Part shown: piece by piece, positions 1-11,157 of the stretch
Position numbering within the stretch: position 1 is the stretch's first letter
How the letters are laid out: the number at the start of each line of letters is the position of its first letter
Source of the DNA: Gemmatimonas sp.
GTDB taxonomy: Bacteria; Gemmatimonadota; Gemmatimonadetes; Gemmatimonadales; Gemmatimonadaceae
Direction: 5' to 3'
DNA: 64,000 nt
Assembly (NCBI GenBank): GCA_031414535.1
Contig: JANNVQ010000008.1
Location: forward strand, 1 to 64,000
The notes under the pieces: model-generated
The model's input: the letters and a program-made list of their open reading frames with translations, nothing else
What the model was told of the DNA's origin: nothing
Database searches by the model: none
Program-made: the position numbers and the translations under genes

Positions 1-266
1 GGGCTACCGTGTTGCCGCGTTGTCACGCACGCTGAACCCGGCGCTTCAGGTTTTCGATGCGTGGGTGGCGCGTAACGCCTGGGGGATTCCTTTTTCTTAA
101 CGCGTGATCTCTCCGCGGGGGCTCTCGCATACTCGTTGGCGAGAGCCGCCGCGGAGAGATCTCGCGTTACGAAATCGGAATCGCCGAGGCGTTCCGCGCC
201 AGCCACGCATCGAAATCCTGAAGCGCCGGGTTCAGCGTGCGTGACATCGCGGCATCACGGTAGCCC
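1..266. repeat. Imperfect fold-back inverted repeat at the window start, mirroring the 3' end of the NmrA-family gene
   Basis: 1-~130 is the reverse complement of ~137-266 (GGGCTACCGTG at 1 vs CACGGTAGCCC at 256-266). It has scattered mismatches and is centred on the hairpin GCTCTCGC-N10-GCGAGAGC. Confidence 0.85.
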
Positions 267-1114
267 TGAAACTCGTCGCCCAAGATTTGCTGAAACTGAA
301 ACATATTCCCGAGGTCTTCAGCACCGGGGAATCCAAGCCCTCGGTATGTGTCAAATGGCACATCGAAGAAGTGGATCGGGCGCCCGAGCGCTTTGGACAT
401 CTTTGACGCAACTTCAGCACCCGTCAGCGACTCGCCGGCAATCCCGATGCGCTGCCCAACCATCGTCAGCCCAGCCTTGAAGATTCCGAAGGCGCAGGCT
501 CCGATATCGCTCGCGGCGATGCCGGGAATCTTGACGCCACCGAGCGGCATGGCCAGTACCAACTCACCGTTCTCACCGGCGCGCGGACCCATGCCGAAGT
601 GAATGAAGTTTTCCCAGTAGAACGCCGCCATGAGATAGGTAGTTGGGGCCGCTTCGTTGGCGAACACATGGTCAATCGCGCCCTTGGCATCGAAGTGAGG
701 GACCTTGTACTGCCCATTGAGCGTGGGGAGGCGCGAGTCGCTCAGCGGGACCCACTTCCGCGTGTCCTCAAGTGTTGACCACACGACGTGCTGGACACCG
801 GCCGCCTTCGTGGCGCGCGCCATTGCACTTGCCTGTGCACCTTCGCGTTCAGCAGAGAAGTGCTCCCAGAAGTTCGTCACACAGAAGGCAGCGTAGGCTC
901 CCCTGAGGGCAGTGGCGAGCGTCTCAGGCTTGTCGGCATCGGCGCCGATGACCTCAGCTCCGAGGGCGGCGAGCGCCTTCGCCTTGTCGGACTCTGGATT
1001 GCGCGTGATGGCGCGGACACGGAAGCCGCTTGCGGGCTCGGCGAGGATGGCACGCACAAGACCGCCACCCTGCGCACCGGTAGCACCGAAGACCGCGATG
1101 ATTTTCTCGGACAT
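167..1114 (-). CDS. NmrA/HSCARG-family NAD(P)-binding protein
   Basis: N-terminal AVFGATGAQGG Rossmann motif, ITRNPES, HVVWSTL and VPHFDAK motifs; 315 aa. Confidence 0.9.
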   Translation of the reverse strand: MSEKIIAVFGATGAQGGGLVRAILAEPASGFRVRAITRNPESDKAKALAALGAEVIGADADKPETLATALRGAYAAFCVTNFWEHFSAEREGAQASAMARATKAAGVQHVVWSTLEDTRKWVPLSDSRLPTLNGQYKVPHFDAKGAIDHVFANEAAPTTYLMAAFYWENFIHFGMGPRAGENGELVLAMPLGGVKIPGIAASDIGACAFGIFKAGLTMVGQRIGIAGESLTGAEVASKMSKALGRPIHFFDVPFDTYRGLGFPGAEDLGNMFQFQQILGDEFQGYRDAAMSRTLNPALQDFDAWLARNASAIPIS

Positions 1115-1316
1115 TGTACCCTCTGGACTGTGACGATGTGAGTGATGATGCTCAGAATCGGGACAGGACCGACGACTGGCAAGCGGGCGCGGAGATGTTC
1201 TGTCTGTTTTGGGCTTTTCCTCGGCGTGCCCTTCCCGACCCCTTGAAAGCCGATACCATTATACGTAGGAATCTCTCTCTACGCCGTTTGCGCGACCGGA
1301 CGGCCGCTCCCGTGCT

Positions 1317-4073
1317 GTGAGTACTCAGTTGTGCCAAGTGCCATCCGAGCCCACTAATCCCGCCGCTGCGGAGTCCGCGGACGAGCAGCACGCCGCTGCG
1401 GGGTTTGACGCGTTCGACGCAATCCCGGCGCACATCGCGGTGCTCGATTCTACGGGCCAGGTGCTCCATGTAAACACCGCGTGGCGCGCCTTTGCGACGG
1501 CCAACGCCATGCTGAGCGCGGGCGCAGGCGTCGGCGACAACTACTTGGCGATTTGCCAGCGAGCCGGCGGAGACTTCGCGGAGGAGGCGCCGATTGTAGC
1601 TCGGGGGTTGCGCGCGGTGCTCGCTGGCGAAATGCCGCAGTTTGTCCTCGACTACCCTTGCCACTCGCCGTCGGAGGCCCGCTGGTTCCGCATGTCCATC
1701 ACACCGCTGCTCGAGGCCGGCCGCCGCGGCGCCGTCGTCATGCACATGAATGTGACGGGCCCGGAAGAGGATGCCCTGACTCGGCGCGCGGCGGAGAGCA
1801 TGGCGCAGGAGAGCGATCGCCGACTCCGCTTTGCGTTGGACGCGGCCCGCATTGGTGAATGGTCACTCGACTTGCGGACCAACGACGCGCACCGCTCGCT
1901 CCTGCACGATCAGTGCTTTGGCTATACGCAACTGCTTCCGACCTGGAGTTACGACACGTTCCTCGCCCACGTCGTACCAGAGGATCGCTCTCACGTAGAT
2001 GCCGGCTTTCAAGCGGCGATGGCCGGCAAGGGGGAGTACGACGACGAATTCCGAACGCGCTGGTCAGACGGGTCACTGCATTGGCTCTGGACGCGCGGGC
2101 GCTTCTACTTCGGCCCTGACGGCAAACCCATCCGTGTCGCGGGCATCGTGATGGACATCTCAGACGGGAAGCGGAGCGAGCGCGACATCGCCCGTGCGCT
2201 TGACCGGCTCACCGCCGCGCAGGGCATCGGGCGCATCGGCGATTGGAAGTGGGACGCCAATACGAACCACATCAGTTGGTCGGCGCAGGTGTTTGAGCTG
2301 ATGGGCCGCGACCCAGCGCTCGGTCCGCCCAAGGACCTTGGTGAATTTGAGGCTTACTTCGATGCGGATAACGTGGAGCGGCTGCGCGCTGGCATTAGCG
2401 CGGCGTTCTCCACGCGCGCCAAGCAAGAATACGAACTGACGTTGACGCGAAGCGATGGCGCTCGTGTGGAGTTGCAGGCGGTGGCGCTACCAGTCCTCAA
2501 CCACGCTGGCGACGTGACGGGACTCGACGGCACCGTCCAGGACATCACCGAACGCAAGCGTGCCGAGGCCGTCTCTGACCGGCTCGCGAGTATCGTTGCG
2601 TCGTCCGGTGACGCCATCATCGGCATGGACCTTCACGGCCGCATTACCAACTGGAACAGCGGAGCGCAAAACACTTTCGGGTATTCCGAGTTCGAGATGC
2701 TTGGCTCATCCATTGCGCGGCTCGTGCCGGATGAGGGGCAGGCCGAAGCGGAACTCCTCTTGGAGCGGATTCGTAGCGGGCAGAGTATGGAACGCTTGGA
2801 GACGGTCCGCCGCCGCAAGGACGGTGCACTGATTGACGTGGCCATGACTGTTTCGCCAATCCGCAACGCGAAGGGCCAGATTGTAGGCATCTCGAAGGTG
2901 TCACGCGACATCTCAGAGCGGAGGAAACTCGAGCAGCAGTTTCTGCGTGCGCAGCGTATGGAGAGCATTGGCACGCTCGCCGGTGGCATCGCGCACGACC
3001 TCAACAACGTGCTGACGCCCATCATGCTCTCGCTCGAGATTCTGCGCGAGTCCTTCCCCGACCCCACGAGCCAGAGTCTCATCGGGAGTATCGAGCGCAG
3101 CGCGGAGCACGGCGCAGCGATGGTGAAGCAGGTGCTGTCGTTCGCCCGCGGCGTTGGCGGTCAGCGGCTCAGCGTGGAGGTGCGGCCGCTCGTCGTAGAC
3201 ATCGCAAACATCGCGGGCGACACCTTCCACAAGAACATCGAGGTGGTCACGAGCGCGCCCGACAATCTCTGGACCGTCGTCGGCGATCAGACACAGCTCC
3301 ATCAAGTCGTTCTGAATCTCTGCGTGAATGCGCGCGACGCGATGCCACAGGGCGGCACGCTCACGTTGACGGCGGAGAACGTGGTGCTCGACGATCAGTA
3401 CGCGGGACTCAGTCCCGACGTCGCAGCGGGGCCCTATGTATGCATTCGCGTCGTGGACACCGGTACGGGGATGACTGCGAGTACGATTGCGCAGATTTTT
3501 GATCCGTTCTTCACGACCAAGGAGGTTGGTCGGGGCACCGGACTCGGTCTGTCCACCTCCGAAGCAATCATTAAGAGCCACGGTGGCTTTATCCGCGTTT
3601 ACAGTGAGCTCGGCCGCGGCTCGACATTCTCGATTTATCTCCCAGCGCAAACGGCGCAGGCCAGCGTCGTCTCGAAGCCAGCGGTGACCCTGCCGCGCGG
3701 CAACGGCGAACTCATTCTCGTTGTTGACGATGAACCGTCGGTGCGGCATGTCACGCAGCAGACGCTGGAGGCCTTCGGCTACCGCGTTGTGACCGCTGGA
3801 GACGGATCAGAGGCGCTCGCCGTCTACGCACGGCAGAGCCGCGAGATTGCAGCCGTCATTACCGACATGACGATGCCAGTCATGGACGGCGCGAGCACCA
3901 TCCGCGTGCTGCGCAAAATGGATCCGCGTCTGCGCATCATCGCCGCGAGCGGCCTCGACGTGAAAGCGCAGGTCGTTGGGCTCGGCGTTGAGCATACGCT
4001 CTCTAAGCCATACGCGGCGGACACGTTGCTCAACCTCCTGCGCGTCGTGCTCAGGCAGCAGGTCTCAATGTAG
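1317..4073 (+). CDS. Cytoplasmic multi-PAS hybrid sensor histidine kinase/response regulator (CckA-like core)
   Basis: Four PAS/PAC repeats, H-box GGIAHDLNN, N-box LNLCVNARDAM, DTGTG, FFTTK, GTGLGL, and a C-terminal receiver domain (LVVDDE...TDMTMP...LSKP). Confidence 0.93.
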   Translation: MSTQLCQVPSEPTNPAAAESADEQHAAAGFDAFDAIPAHIAVLDSTGQVLHVNTAWRAFATANAMLSAGAGVGDNYLAICQRAGGDFAEEAPIVARGLRAVLAGEMPQFVLDYPCHSPSEARWFRMSITPLLEAGRRGAVVMHMNVTGPEEDALTRRAAESMAQESDRRLRFALDAARIGEWSLDLRTNDAHRSLLHDQCFGYTQLLPTWSYDTFLAHVVPEDRSHVDAGFQAAMAGKGEYDDEFRTRWSDGSLHWLWTRGRFYFGPDGKPIRVAGIVMDISDGKRSERDIARALDRLTAAQGIGRIGDWKWDANTNHISWSAQVFELMGRDPALGPPKDLGEFEAYFDADNVERLRAGISAAFSTRAKQEYELTLTRSDGARVELQAVALPVLNHAGDVTGLDGTVQDITERKRAEAVSDRLASIVASSGDAIIGMDLHGRITNWNSGAQNTFGYSEFEMLGSSIARLVPDEGQAEAELLLERIRSGQSMERLETVRRRKDGALIDVAMTVSPIRNAKGQIVGISKVSRDISERRKLEQQFLRAQRMESIGTLAGGIAHDLNNVLTPIMLSLEILRESFPDPTSQSLIGSIERSAEHGAAMVKQVLSFARGVGGQRLSVEVRPLVVDIANIAGDTFHKNIEVVTSAPDNLWTVVGDQTQLHQVVLNLCVNARDAMPQGGTLTLTAENVVLDDQYAGLSPDVAAGPYVCIRVVDTGTGMTASTIAQIFDPFFTTKEVGRGTGLGLSTSEAIIKSHGGFIRVYSELGRGSTFSIYLPAQTAQASVVSKPAVTLPRGNGELILVVDDEPSVRHVTQQTLEAFGYRVVTAGDGSEALAVYARQSREIAAVITDMTMPVMDGASTIRVLRKMDPRLRIIAASGLDVKAQVVGLGVEHTLSKPYAADTLLNLLRVVLRQQVSM

Positions 4074-4193
4074 CGGCGTTCGAAGCGGTTGCCGCTGGGC
4101 GGTGGCCGCAACGTGGTCAATCACGCCGTCTAATCACGTGACTTCGACTAAAATTCCTATCCAGACGCAGCCCGTTCTGTGTCTGGCTGATAA

Positions 4194-5207
<1,014 letters not shown>

Positions 5208-5219
5208 ACCCCGCGCTTC

Positions 5220-6131
5220 ATGTCCATCTCCATTGGCATTCTCGGTACCGGGTGGGTTGGCACGAGCATCGCCATCTCCATTCTGCACGAAGGCTTCGCC
5301 ACCGAATTGCTTCTCGCCGACATCCGCGCCGAGGTGGCGGAGGGCGAAGCCTTGGACCTCGCGCAGGGCGCCGCGTTCTACCCCTCGGCGGAGGTACGCG
5401 CGGTCACGCCCGCAGAGCTTCACCGCACCGATGCGTTGGTGCTCGCGGCGGGACGCAACGGGAAGCCAGACGAATCGCGGCTGGATTTGCTGCGCGACAA
5501 CGCCAAGCTGTTTCGCACGCTCGGCACCTCGCTGCGCGACTATCGCGGCCTCGTAATCGTGGTGACCAATCCGGTGGACGTGCTCACGCGCGTCGTCGCG
5601 GAAAGCTCCGGATTGCCGCCCGAACGCGTGATTGGTACCGGTACCATGCTCGACAGCGCGCGGCTGCGTCAGATGATTGGTGAGGAACTCAACCTCAACC
5701 CAAACTCGGTGCACGCGCAGGTGGTCGGTGAGCACGGCGACTCTGAAGTCGTGCTCTGGGCCAGTGCACAGGTGGGTGGCTTGCCGCTACGTCACTGGCC
5801 AGGATGGCAACCGGAGACCGAGCAACGGCTCGCCGAGCAGGTGCGCCGTGCCGCGTACGAGATTATCCGTCGTAAGGGCGCCACGAATCACGCCATCGGG
5901 CTCGTCACCGCAGCCCTGCTGCGCAGCATCATGCGCGGTGAGCGGCGGGTGCAGACGATCTCGCGTGTGCAGGCCGAGAGTACAGGCTTCGGCGGTGTGG
6001 CCTTGTCGCTACCCACCGTCATCGACCGGCAGGGCGCCGTCGAGACCGTGCTGCCAGAATTCGATGATGCCGAACGCACGGCGCTGGAACACTCGGCTGA
6101 CGTACTGCGTCGCGCCTATGGCACGCTGTGA
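5220..6131 (+). CDS. L-lactate/malate dehydrogenase-family 2-hydroxyacid dehydrogenase
   Basis: GTGWVG, SRLDLL, VTNPVDVL, GTGTMLDSAR, GEHGDS and KGATN motifs. Confidence 0.88.
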   Translation: MSISIGILGTGWVGTSIAISILHEGFATELLLADIRAEVAEGEALDLAQGAAFYPSAEVRAVTPAELHRTDALVLAAGRNGKPDESRLDLLRDNAKLFRTLGTSLRDYRGLVIVVTNPVDVLTRVVAESSGLPPERVIGTGTMLDSARLRQMIGEELNLNPNSVHAQVVGEHGDSEVVLWASAQVGGLPLRHWPGWQPETEQRLAEQVRRAAYEIIRRKGATNHAIGLVTAALLRSIMRGERRVQTISRVQAESTGFGGVALSLPTVIDRQGAVETVLPEFDDAERTALEHSADVLRRAYGTL

Positions 6132-6160
6132 TCTGGAGCAGAAGCGGCGACGCGTAGTGC

Positions 6161-6862
6161 TCAGGCCAGAAAGCCCGACGCCTGCGCGTGTACTTCCTCG
6201 GTCGCGGCGATAATCCCGCGTACTTCACGTGCCGGAACATCGAGCGCGCGTAACCACATGGCCGCGGGCTCAAGGGGGCGCCCCTCGACAGCAAGACCGA
6301 TATCCATTTCCCAGCACATCGCCTGAGCGGCGGCGAGCACCATCGCCAGCTCGGGAGACTCGGCTGGCGCACTGCTCGGATGGTTGTGATGGGTCACTGC
6401 CAAACTGCTCCTCCTCGACGAGCGCCAGCGGTCCGGTATCGTCCCCGCGTAGGGCAAGCAGGCTAGCAAACTCCTCGGGGAAGTGCTGATCGATGATGAG
6501 CAGGCCGACATCGTGCAGGGGGCCGACCACGTACGCGTCTTCGGCGGTAACCTCCGTGGAGTGCCCCACGCGAGACCAGAGGCGGCTCGCGAGTGCGGCG
6601 ACCGTCGCGGAATGCGCCCAGAAGTGGTTGTGATCAATGTGTACCGAGCGTTTGCCGAACGCCTTCACAACCGCGAGCACGAGGCATACCGAGCGCACAT
6701 TGTTGAGTCCGAGTCGCGCCACCGCCGCCGGCACGGACGTTAGGCGCGGCCCGCATTGCGGTTGTCGAGGACCTTGTGCAACTGCAACACAATCGTCCGC
6801 AGGGTCGGAAGATCCTCTCCCTGGCTGATGATTTCCTGCAGTTTAGGGAAGATGAAGCGCAC
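6161..6862 (-). pseudogene. HDOD-domain gene broken into three reading frames by internal deletions
   Basis: N-part VRFIFPKLQEIISQGEDLPTLRTIVLQLHKVLDN (GTG at 6862). Middle part RLTSVPAAVARLG...FWAHS...LHDVG...EEEQFGSD in a second frame. C-part AVTHHNHP...GFLA* in a third frame. Confidence 0.75.
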
Positions 6863-6939
6863 GGTGCCGGGGCATGGGGGCGTCCTTTAAGAGTGTCGGC
6901 TAGCGCCGTGCGCTCCTGCACCCTGCCGCTGCTTCTGGG

Positions 6940-7296
6940 TCACGCCGCCCGCGCAGAGCGCCCCACACCCCGCACCACGCCCGCCGCACTCCCCGCCAAC
7001 AACGCCGGAAACGCAATCGTCAGCACCACGAGCGGCCCAGCCCCAACCTGCATCGCTTCGCCCACCACTCGCGCGACCTCAGCAATCGGCCCCGCCAACG
7101 ACTGCACGGCCAGCAGCACCAGCCAGCTCGACGCGCCAGCCAGTGATGCTAGCACCGGCACCGCTGCATCGTCCCGACGAATCCACGCGAACATCGCCGC
7201 AATCACTGGCACCGAGATCCAATCAAAGGCAAAAGTGCCCAGCGTGAGCGCGAGCAGCAGCGCGAGAAACCACACACCACGTCCCTGAGCGCGCAT
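6940..7296 (-). CDS. Small integral membrane hypothetical protein
   Basis: 118 aa with three to four hydrophobic segments; start overlaps the acylase stop codon. Confidence 0.7.
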   Translation of the reverse strand: MRAQGRGVWFLALLLALTLGTFAFDWISVPVIAAMFAWIRRDDAAVPVLASLAGASSWLVLLAVQSLAGPIAEVARVVGEAMQVGAGPLVVLTIAFPALLAGSAAGVVRGVGRSARAA

Positions 7297-9779
7297 TACT
7301 TGCTTCCTCCAGCCGGGGTGAACGTGAGCGTAGACCGCGTCTGATTCGGCAGTAGGTCATTCGGCGTGCGCGGGAATCGCAGCTCGGCCAACTGGCCCCT
7401 GCGCCAGAGTTCCAAGCGATCTGCGTACCGTGAGGAAATCGGATTGCCCGACTGCCCGCCGGGATACGTGCCCCATCCGCGCACTTCGGGCCCAAGCTCC
7501 ACCACGAAGCGCCACGACGCGCCGTGCGTACCATTGGATTCCGACGGCGAGAGCGTTCCTGGTCCCGACTGCACTTCAAGCCCCGTGCGGCCAAAGCCTG
7601 GCAAACGGAGCAGGTGATTCACATTGATCTGTCGCACAGCACCCCAGCGCCAACTCGCGGGATCGTTGCCGTACGTTGCGCGCGATTCCGTCCACGCCTG
7701 GCGCAGCGCCTTCAGCACAATCGCGTCGCGCGTCTCCACCGCATCGCTCGTGCGACGGTCGTCCCACCACCCATTGCTCCCATCGCGCATCAACATCGCG
7801 AGCACCATTTGTCCCGGCGTCGCAAGGCGACGTTCGTCACCCGGTGGAATGAGTTCGTCCCACGTGAAATTCGTCAGTTGCACCACCGTCGCGGCGAACA
7901 GTACCGCCCAGCGACTCTCCGGCGTGAACTCGGGGCGTTCCGTGGCCAGCAACCTGTATGCCGCCTCATCTTCGAGCGTCCAATTGCCGGTCGCTTCCGC
8001 CGCGGCCTTTGCTTGGCCGAGCGCCGTCATCACGAACGGCGTGAGTTCGCTCTGCGGATCCGTGTGGAAGCGTCGCATGTCATCCACCGTCACCGATGAG
8101 TCGTCGCGCAACAAGTGATTGATGCGCATCGCGCGCCACGGCGAGGGCCAGTTGCTGCCGTGATAGTCGCGCCGCGCGCTCGGATCAATGGGCTGCTGAT
8201 TGGCGCTCGCCAAGTACCCCTGCGCCGGATTGATAGACTGCGGGTACCAGCTCAACGGCTGATCGCCAGTCCAATCATTGGCGCTGCTGCTGCCGTCGAA
8301 CACGACATCCCCGCGCCCCGAGCCCGGACGAATCGGATAGCGTCCCGTGCTACGAATGCCGATGTTTCCTTCGCGGTCGGCCGTCATCATGTTCTGGGCC
8401 GGCGTCTGATACGTCTCCGTGCGGCTATAGAAATCGCGCACGCCCGTCCCGCGCATCCCGAGCCGGAAGTTGTTGCCTTCATCGCTCGGCTCACGCGCCG
8501 TCCAACGCTGAGACGTCCATCCCAGCGCCGTGCGCAGCAGGGGCCCACGATGCGTAGCGTAGAAGGTATCCACCGCCACGACGTGTCCCGACGGATCCGT
8601 GTATGTCTCCAAGCGCGACGTCACCTCGCGCCAGGCGCCGTCCACTTGGTAACGCTTCGGCGACGTGGAGTCGTCCACAACTTCCCGATAAAAGTCCACC
8701 ACGTCGTTGCCCGTGTTCGTCATCGTCCACGCCATATCGCGATTGAAGCCAATCGGGATGATGGGTGACAGCGGCAGAGATACTCCGTACACATCCATCT
8801 GCCCCGGCACCACCAAGTGCGCTTCATACCAGATGCTCGGCAGGGTCAGCTCAAGGTGCGGATCGCCGGCGAGCAGCGCGTGGCCGCTTGCTGAGCGCTT
8901 TGGTGAAACGGACCAATTGTTGCTGCCCACCACCGCCTCGCCGCGCGTGAGCGACTGCGCGAGTTGTCCAAAGGCGCGCGCCTTCGCGACGCGCGTCGAG
9001 TCTGGGGTCTGCGGGGCAGGGAGCGTCCACGCTGTGTTGATCTGCGCCGCGCGACGCCCCGCGACCGGTTCAATCGGCTCTTGGATGGGCGCTTCAGTCG
9101 CATAGATGGCCTCGGCCGCAGCACGGCCCACCAACTGCTCGACGGCGTCGAAGCTCAGCTCGCTCTGCTGAAACGACAAGGTCTGCGACATGCGGATGAG
9201 CAAGTAGTACGTATCCTGCGGATCAAAGCGGCGCGGGCGGCGTCCCAGCAGATGGTACTCAAGCGGGAGGTCCTGCGGACGCATCTGCGCGATGTAGGTG
9301 TTCACGCCTTCCATATACGCCAACACGGTCCGCTTCACGTCGCTGCTGTCAGGAATCGCCGTCCACTTCGCCATCGCACCCTGCGCCAGCGCGAGGCGTC
9401 GCGCCGACTGATCTAACGGCAGTGCACGCGCCCCCACGAGCTCTGTGAGTGTGCCGGCCACGGCGCGCTGTACCAGTTCCATTTGGAACAGGCGATCGCG
9501 AGCATGCACCCAGCCGAGCGCACGGGCGGCATCTGGCTCCGTGGCCGCAAAGATGTGTGGCACGCCGCGATCATCGTAGCGCACCTCTACAGGCGCACTG
9601 AGTCCGCTGAGCTCTAGTAAAGTCTCGCGCGGCAACTCCGCGCTCTGCACCGCAGACCACACGCCCGTCGAGGGGCTCAGCAACTGACCGAGCGGGGGTA
9701 CGGGGCCCATCGGCCGCGCACCCACAAAGAGGGCGGCCGCCAGCGCGAGCGCCGAAATCACTGTGGTGAGGATTCGCAT
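7296..9779 (-). CDS. Penicillin acylase-family (Ntn hydrolase, peptidase S45) protein
   Basis: GVPHIFA, HARDRLFQME, autocleavage nucleophile GSNNW, DPHL, SIWYE and GGQSGNP motifs; N-terminal signal/anchor. Confidence 0.92.
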   Translation of the reverse strand: MRILTTVISALALAAALFVGARPMGPVPPLGQLLSPSTGVWSAVQSAELPRETLLELSGLSAPVEVRYDDRGVPHIFAATEPDAARALGWVHARDRLFQMELVQRAVAGTLTELVGARALPLDQSARRLALAQGAMAKWTAIPDSSDVKRTVLAYMEGVNTYIAQMRPQDLPLEYHLLGRRPRRFDPQDTYYLLIRMSQTLSFQQSELSFDAVEQLVGRAAAEAIYATEAPIQEPIEPVAGRRAAQINTAWTLPAPQTPDSTRVAKARAFGQLAQSLTRGEAVVGSNNWSVSPKRSASGHALLAGDPHLELTLPSIWYEAHLVVPGQMDVYGVSLPLSPIIPIGFNRDMAWTMTNTGNDVVDFYREVVDDSTSPKRYQVDGAWREVTSRLETYTDPSGHVVAVDTFYATHRGPLLRTALGWTSQRWTAREPSDEGNNFRLGMRGTGVRDFYSRTETYQTPAQNMMTADREGNIGIRSTGRYPIRPGSGRGDVVFDGSSSANDWTGDQPLSWYPQSINPAQGYLASANQQPIDPSARRDYHGSNWPSPWRAMRINHLLRDDSSVTVDDMRRFHTDPQSELTPFVMTALGQAKAAAEATGNWTLEDEAAYRLLATERPEFTPESRWAVLFAATVVQLTNFTWDELIPPGDERRLATPGQMVLAMLMRDGSNGWWDDRRTSDAVETRDAIVLKALRQAWTESRATYGNDPASWRWGAVRQINVNHLLRLPGFGRTGLEVQSGPGTLSPSESNGTHGASWRFVVELGPEVRGWGTYPGGQSGNPISSRYADRLELWRRGQLAELRFPRTPNDLLPNQTRSTLTFTPAGGSK

Positions 9780-9792
9780 ATAGCGACGAAAG

Positions 9793-10434
9793 CTACGACG
9801 TATGCCCGGCGGCGGCAGTGCCTTGGACGCTATTGGTCAGCCAGCGATGGTCATAGAGCGTCGAGACGCCACTAGCCGCGAAGTACAGCACCGCAAAGGC
9901 CAGCACACGGTGCGGCTCATCGACCCAAACGCCGCCGCTGTTGCTGCCGATTGGCCCCAGCATCTCCGTGCTCACGCCCAGCCGAGGCAAGGGGATGAAC
10001 AGCGTAGCGAAGACGCCACCGAGGTAACACATGGCGCCAGCTGCCCATCCGCGCCCGGCGTACGCCTTCTCGTCGCCGCTTGGCACCGCACCCAGCAGGA
10101 TGCTGAGCAGGCGATTCAGGATCAGGCCCCAAAAACTCAGCATCGGCCACCACGACTGCGCCGCGAGCGAAAACCCGCCCACAAAAAGAGTGTAGAAGGC
10201 GGCCAGCGCCAGCGTGTGGAGCAACCGCGTGCCGGTTGGCTTGTCGCTAAAGGCCACGGACCCGAGGAAGGCCGCCGAATGGACCACAATGAACTCCAGC
10301 AACATCAGCGTCAGGAACCAGCCGACGTAGCGCTCACCCAGTACCTGCGGATCTATCCATGTGATGAGCGCGATTGCCGCGAGCCCAAAGTCGGGAATCG
10401 CAGAGAGGACGGCGCCGACTCTGCTGCTTGGCAC
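9793..10434 (-). CDS. Integral membrane hypothetical protein
   Basis: 213 aa, about six hydrophobic segments, tightly packed with neighbouring genes. Confidence 0.7.
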   Translation of the reverse strand: MPSSRVGAVLSAIPDFGLAAIALITWIDPQVLGERYVGWFLTLMLLEFIVVHSAAFLGSVAFSDKPTGTRLLHTLALAAFYTLFVGGFSLAAQSWWPMLSFWGLILNRLLSILLGAVPSGDEKAYAGRGWAAGAMCYLGGVFATLFIPLPRLGVSTEMLGPIGSNSGGVWVDEPHRVLAFAVLYFAASGVSTLYDHRWLTNSVQGTAAAGHTS

Positions 10435-10435
10435 G

Positions 10436-10858
10436 CTACTCCAACCAACCTTCGTGGCGCGCCTTGATGCTTGCCCAAAGGCTGAACGCCCCCATCAAAA
10501 AGATGAAGATCGGTACGCCGAGCGCGTTGGCCGCTCCCAGACGCTCAATGGCCCGCATCCCGACGATGGTGTAGCCAAACTGCAGCGTGACCGCCGCGAG
10601 GCTCAGCGTCAACAGCGACACCGCGGCCGTCTTCCGCAGCAACAACGCAATCGCACCCAGCAGCCCAACACCAGTCGCGATGCCAAAAACAATCATCAAC
10701 CAGAGTGGGCGCTCCTCACGAAGCATGCGTTGCACTTCCGGTAGTGCCGCCGCTTGCTCCGGCGTGGTCAGCAGATCTAACACCAGCATCACGACGCCAA
10801 GGATCATCCAGACAAGGATCACGATGGCGGTCGGCTTGAACCACTTGGCGGGAGGCAT
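10436..10858 (-). CDS. Four-TM membrane hypothetical protein
   Basis: Likely start MPPAKWF at 10858. The upstream extension in the ORF track runs through a repeat element. Confidence 0.7.
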   Translation of the reverse strand: MPPAKWFKPTAIVILVWMILGVVMLVLDLLTTPEQAAALPEVQRMLREERPLWLMIVFGIATGVGLLGAIALLLRKTAAVSLLTLSLAAVTLQFGYTIVGMRAIERLGAANALGVPIFIFLMGAFSLWASIKARHEGWLE

Positions 10859-10865
10859 GTTTTGG

Positions 10866-10988
10866 GGACTGATGACGGGTGACGGATGGCGGATGGAAAC
10901 GGCCTCAACAATTCTGCACAAATTCTCGTCACGCCGCCCACGCACTTCCTTCATCCGTCATCCGTCATCCGTCATAAGTCATCCGTCC
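10866..10988. repeat. GACGGAT/ATCCGTC heptamer palindromic element, intergenic copy
   Basis: Degenerate (GACGGAT)n arm at 10871-10896 and (TCATCCG)n arm at 10951-10988. Confidence 0.8.
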
Positions 10989-11157
10989 GTTTTTTGCCAC
11001 ACGAACGTGTCACTTATTCCGGACGCCCCACGTAGGGCATTTCACCTATCCCATTGGAACGCCAAGACTTAGCGGTGTAGCACCATCGGCCCGACAGTTG
11101 CGTACCATTAGTAGGCGTAGCACCCAATCAGGTCCCATTCACCCCTTGGAGTCTCCT

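Noticed and set aside
1..266. Long terminal palindrome as a biological hairpin end or gene duplication
   Set aside because: It sits at the window edge, folds back at a natural hairpin, and the outer arm has scattered mismatches. This pattern best fits a fold-back read or amplification artefact.
6739..6745. GTTAGGC as an integron attC core site
   Set aside because: It lies inside the HDOD remnant, with no matching inverse core at a suitable distance and no integrase.
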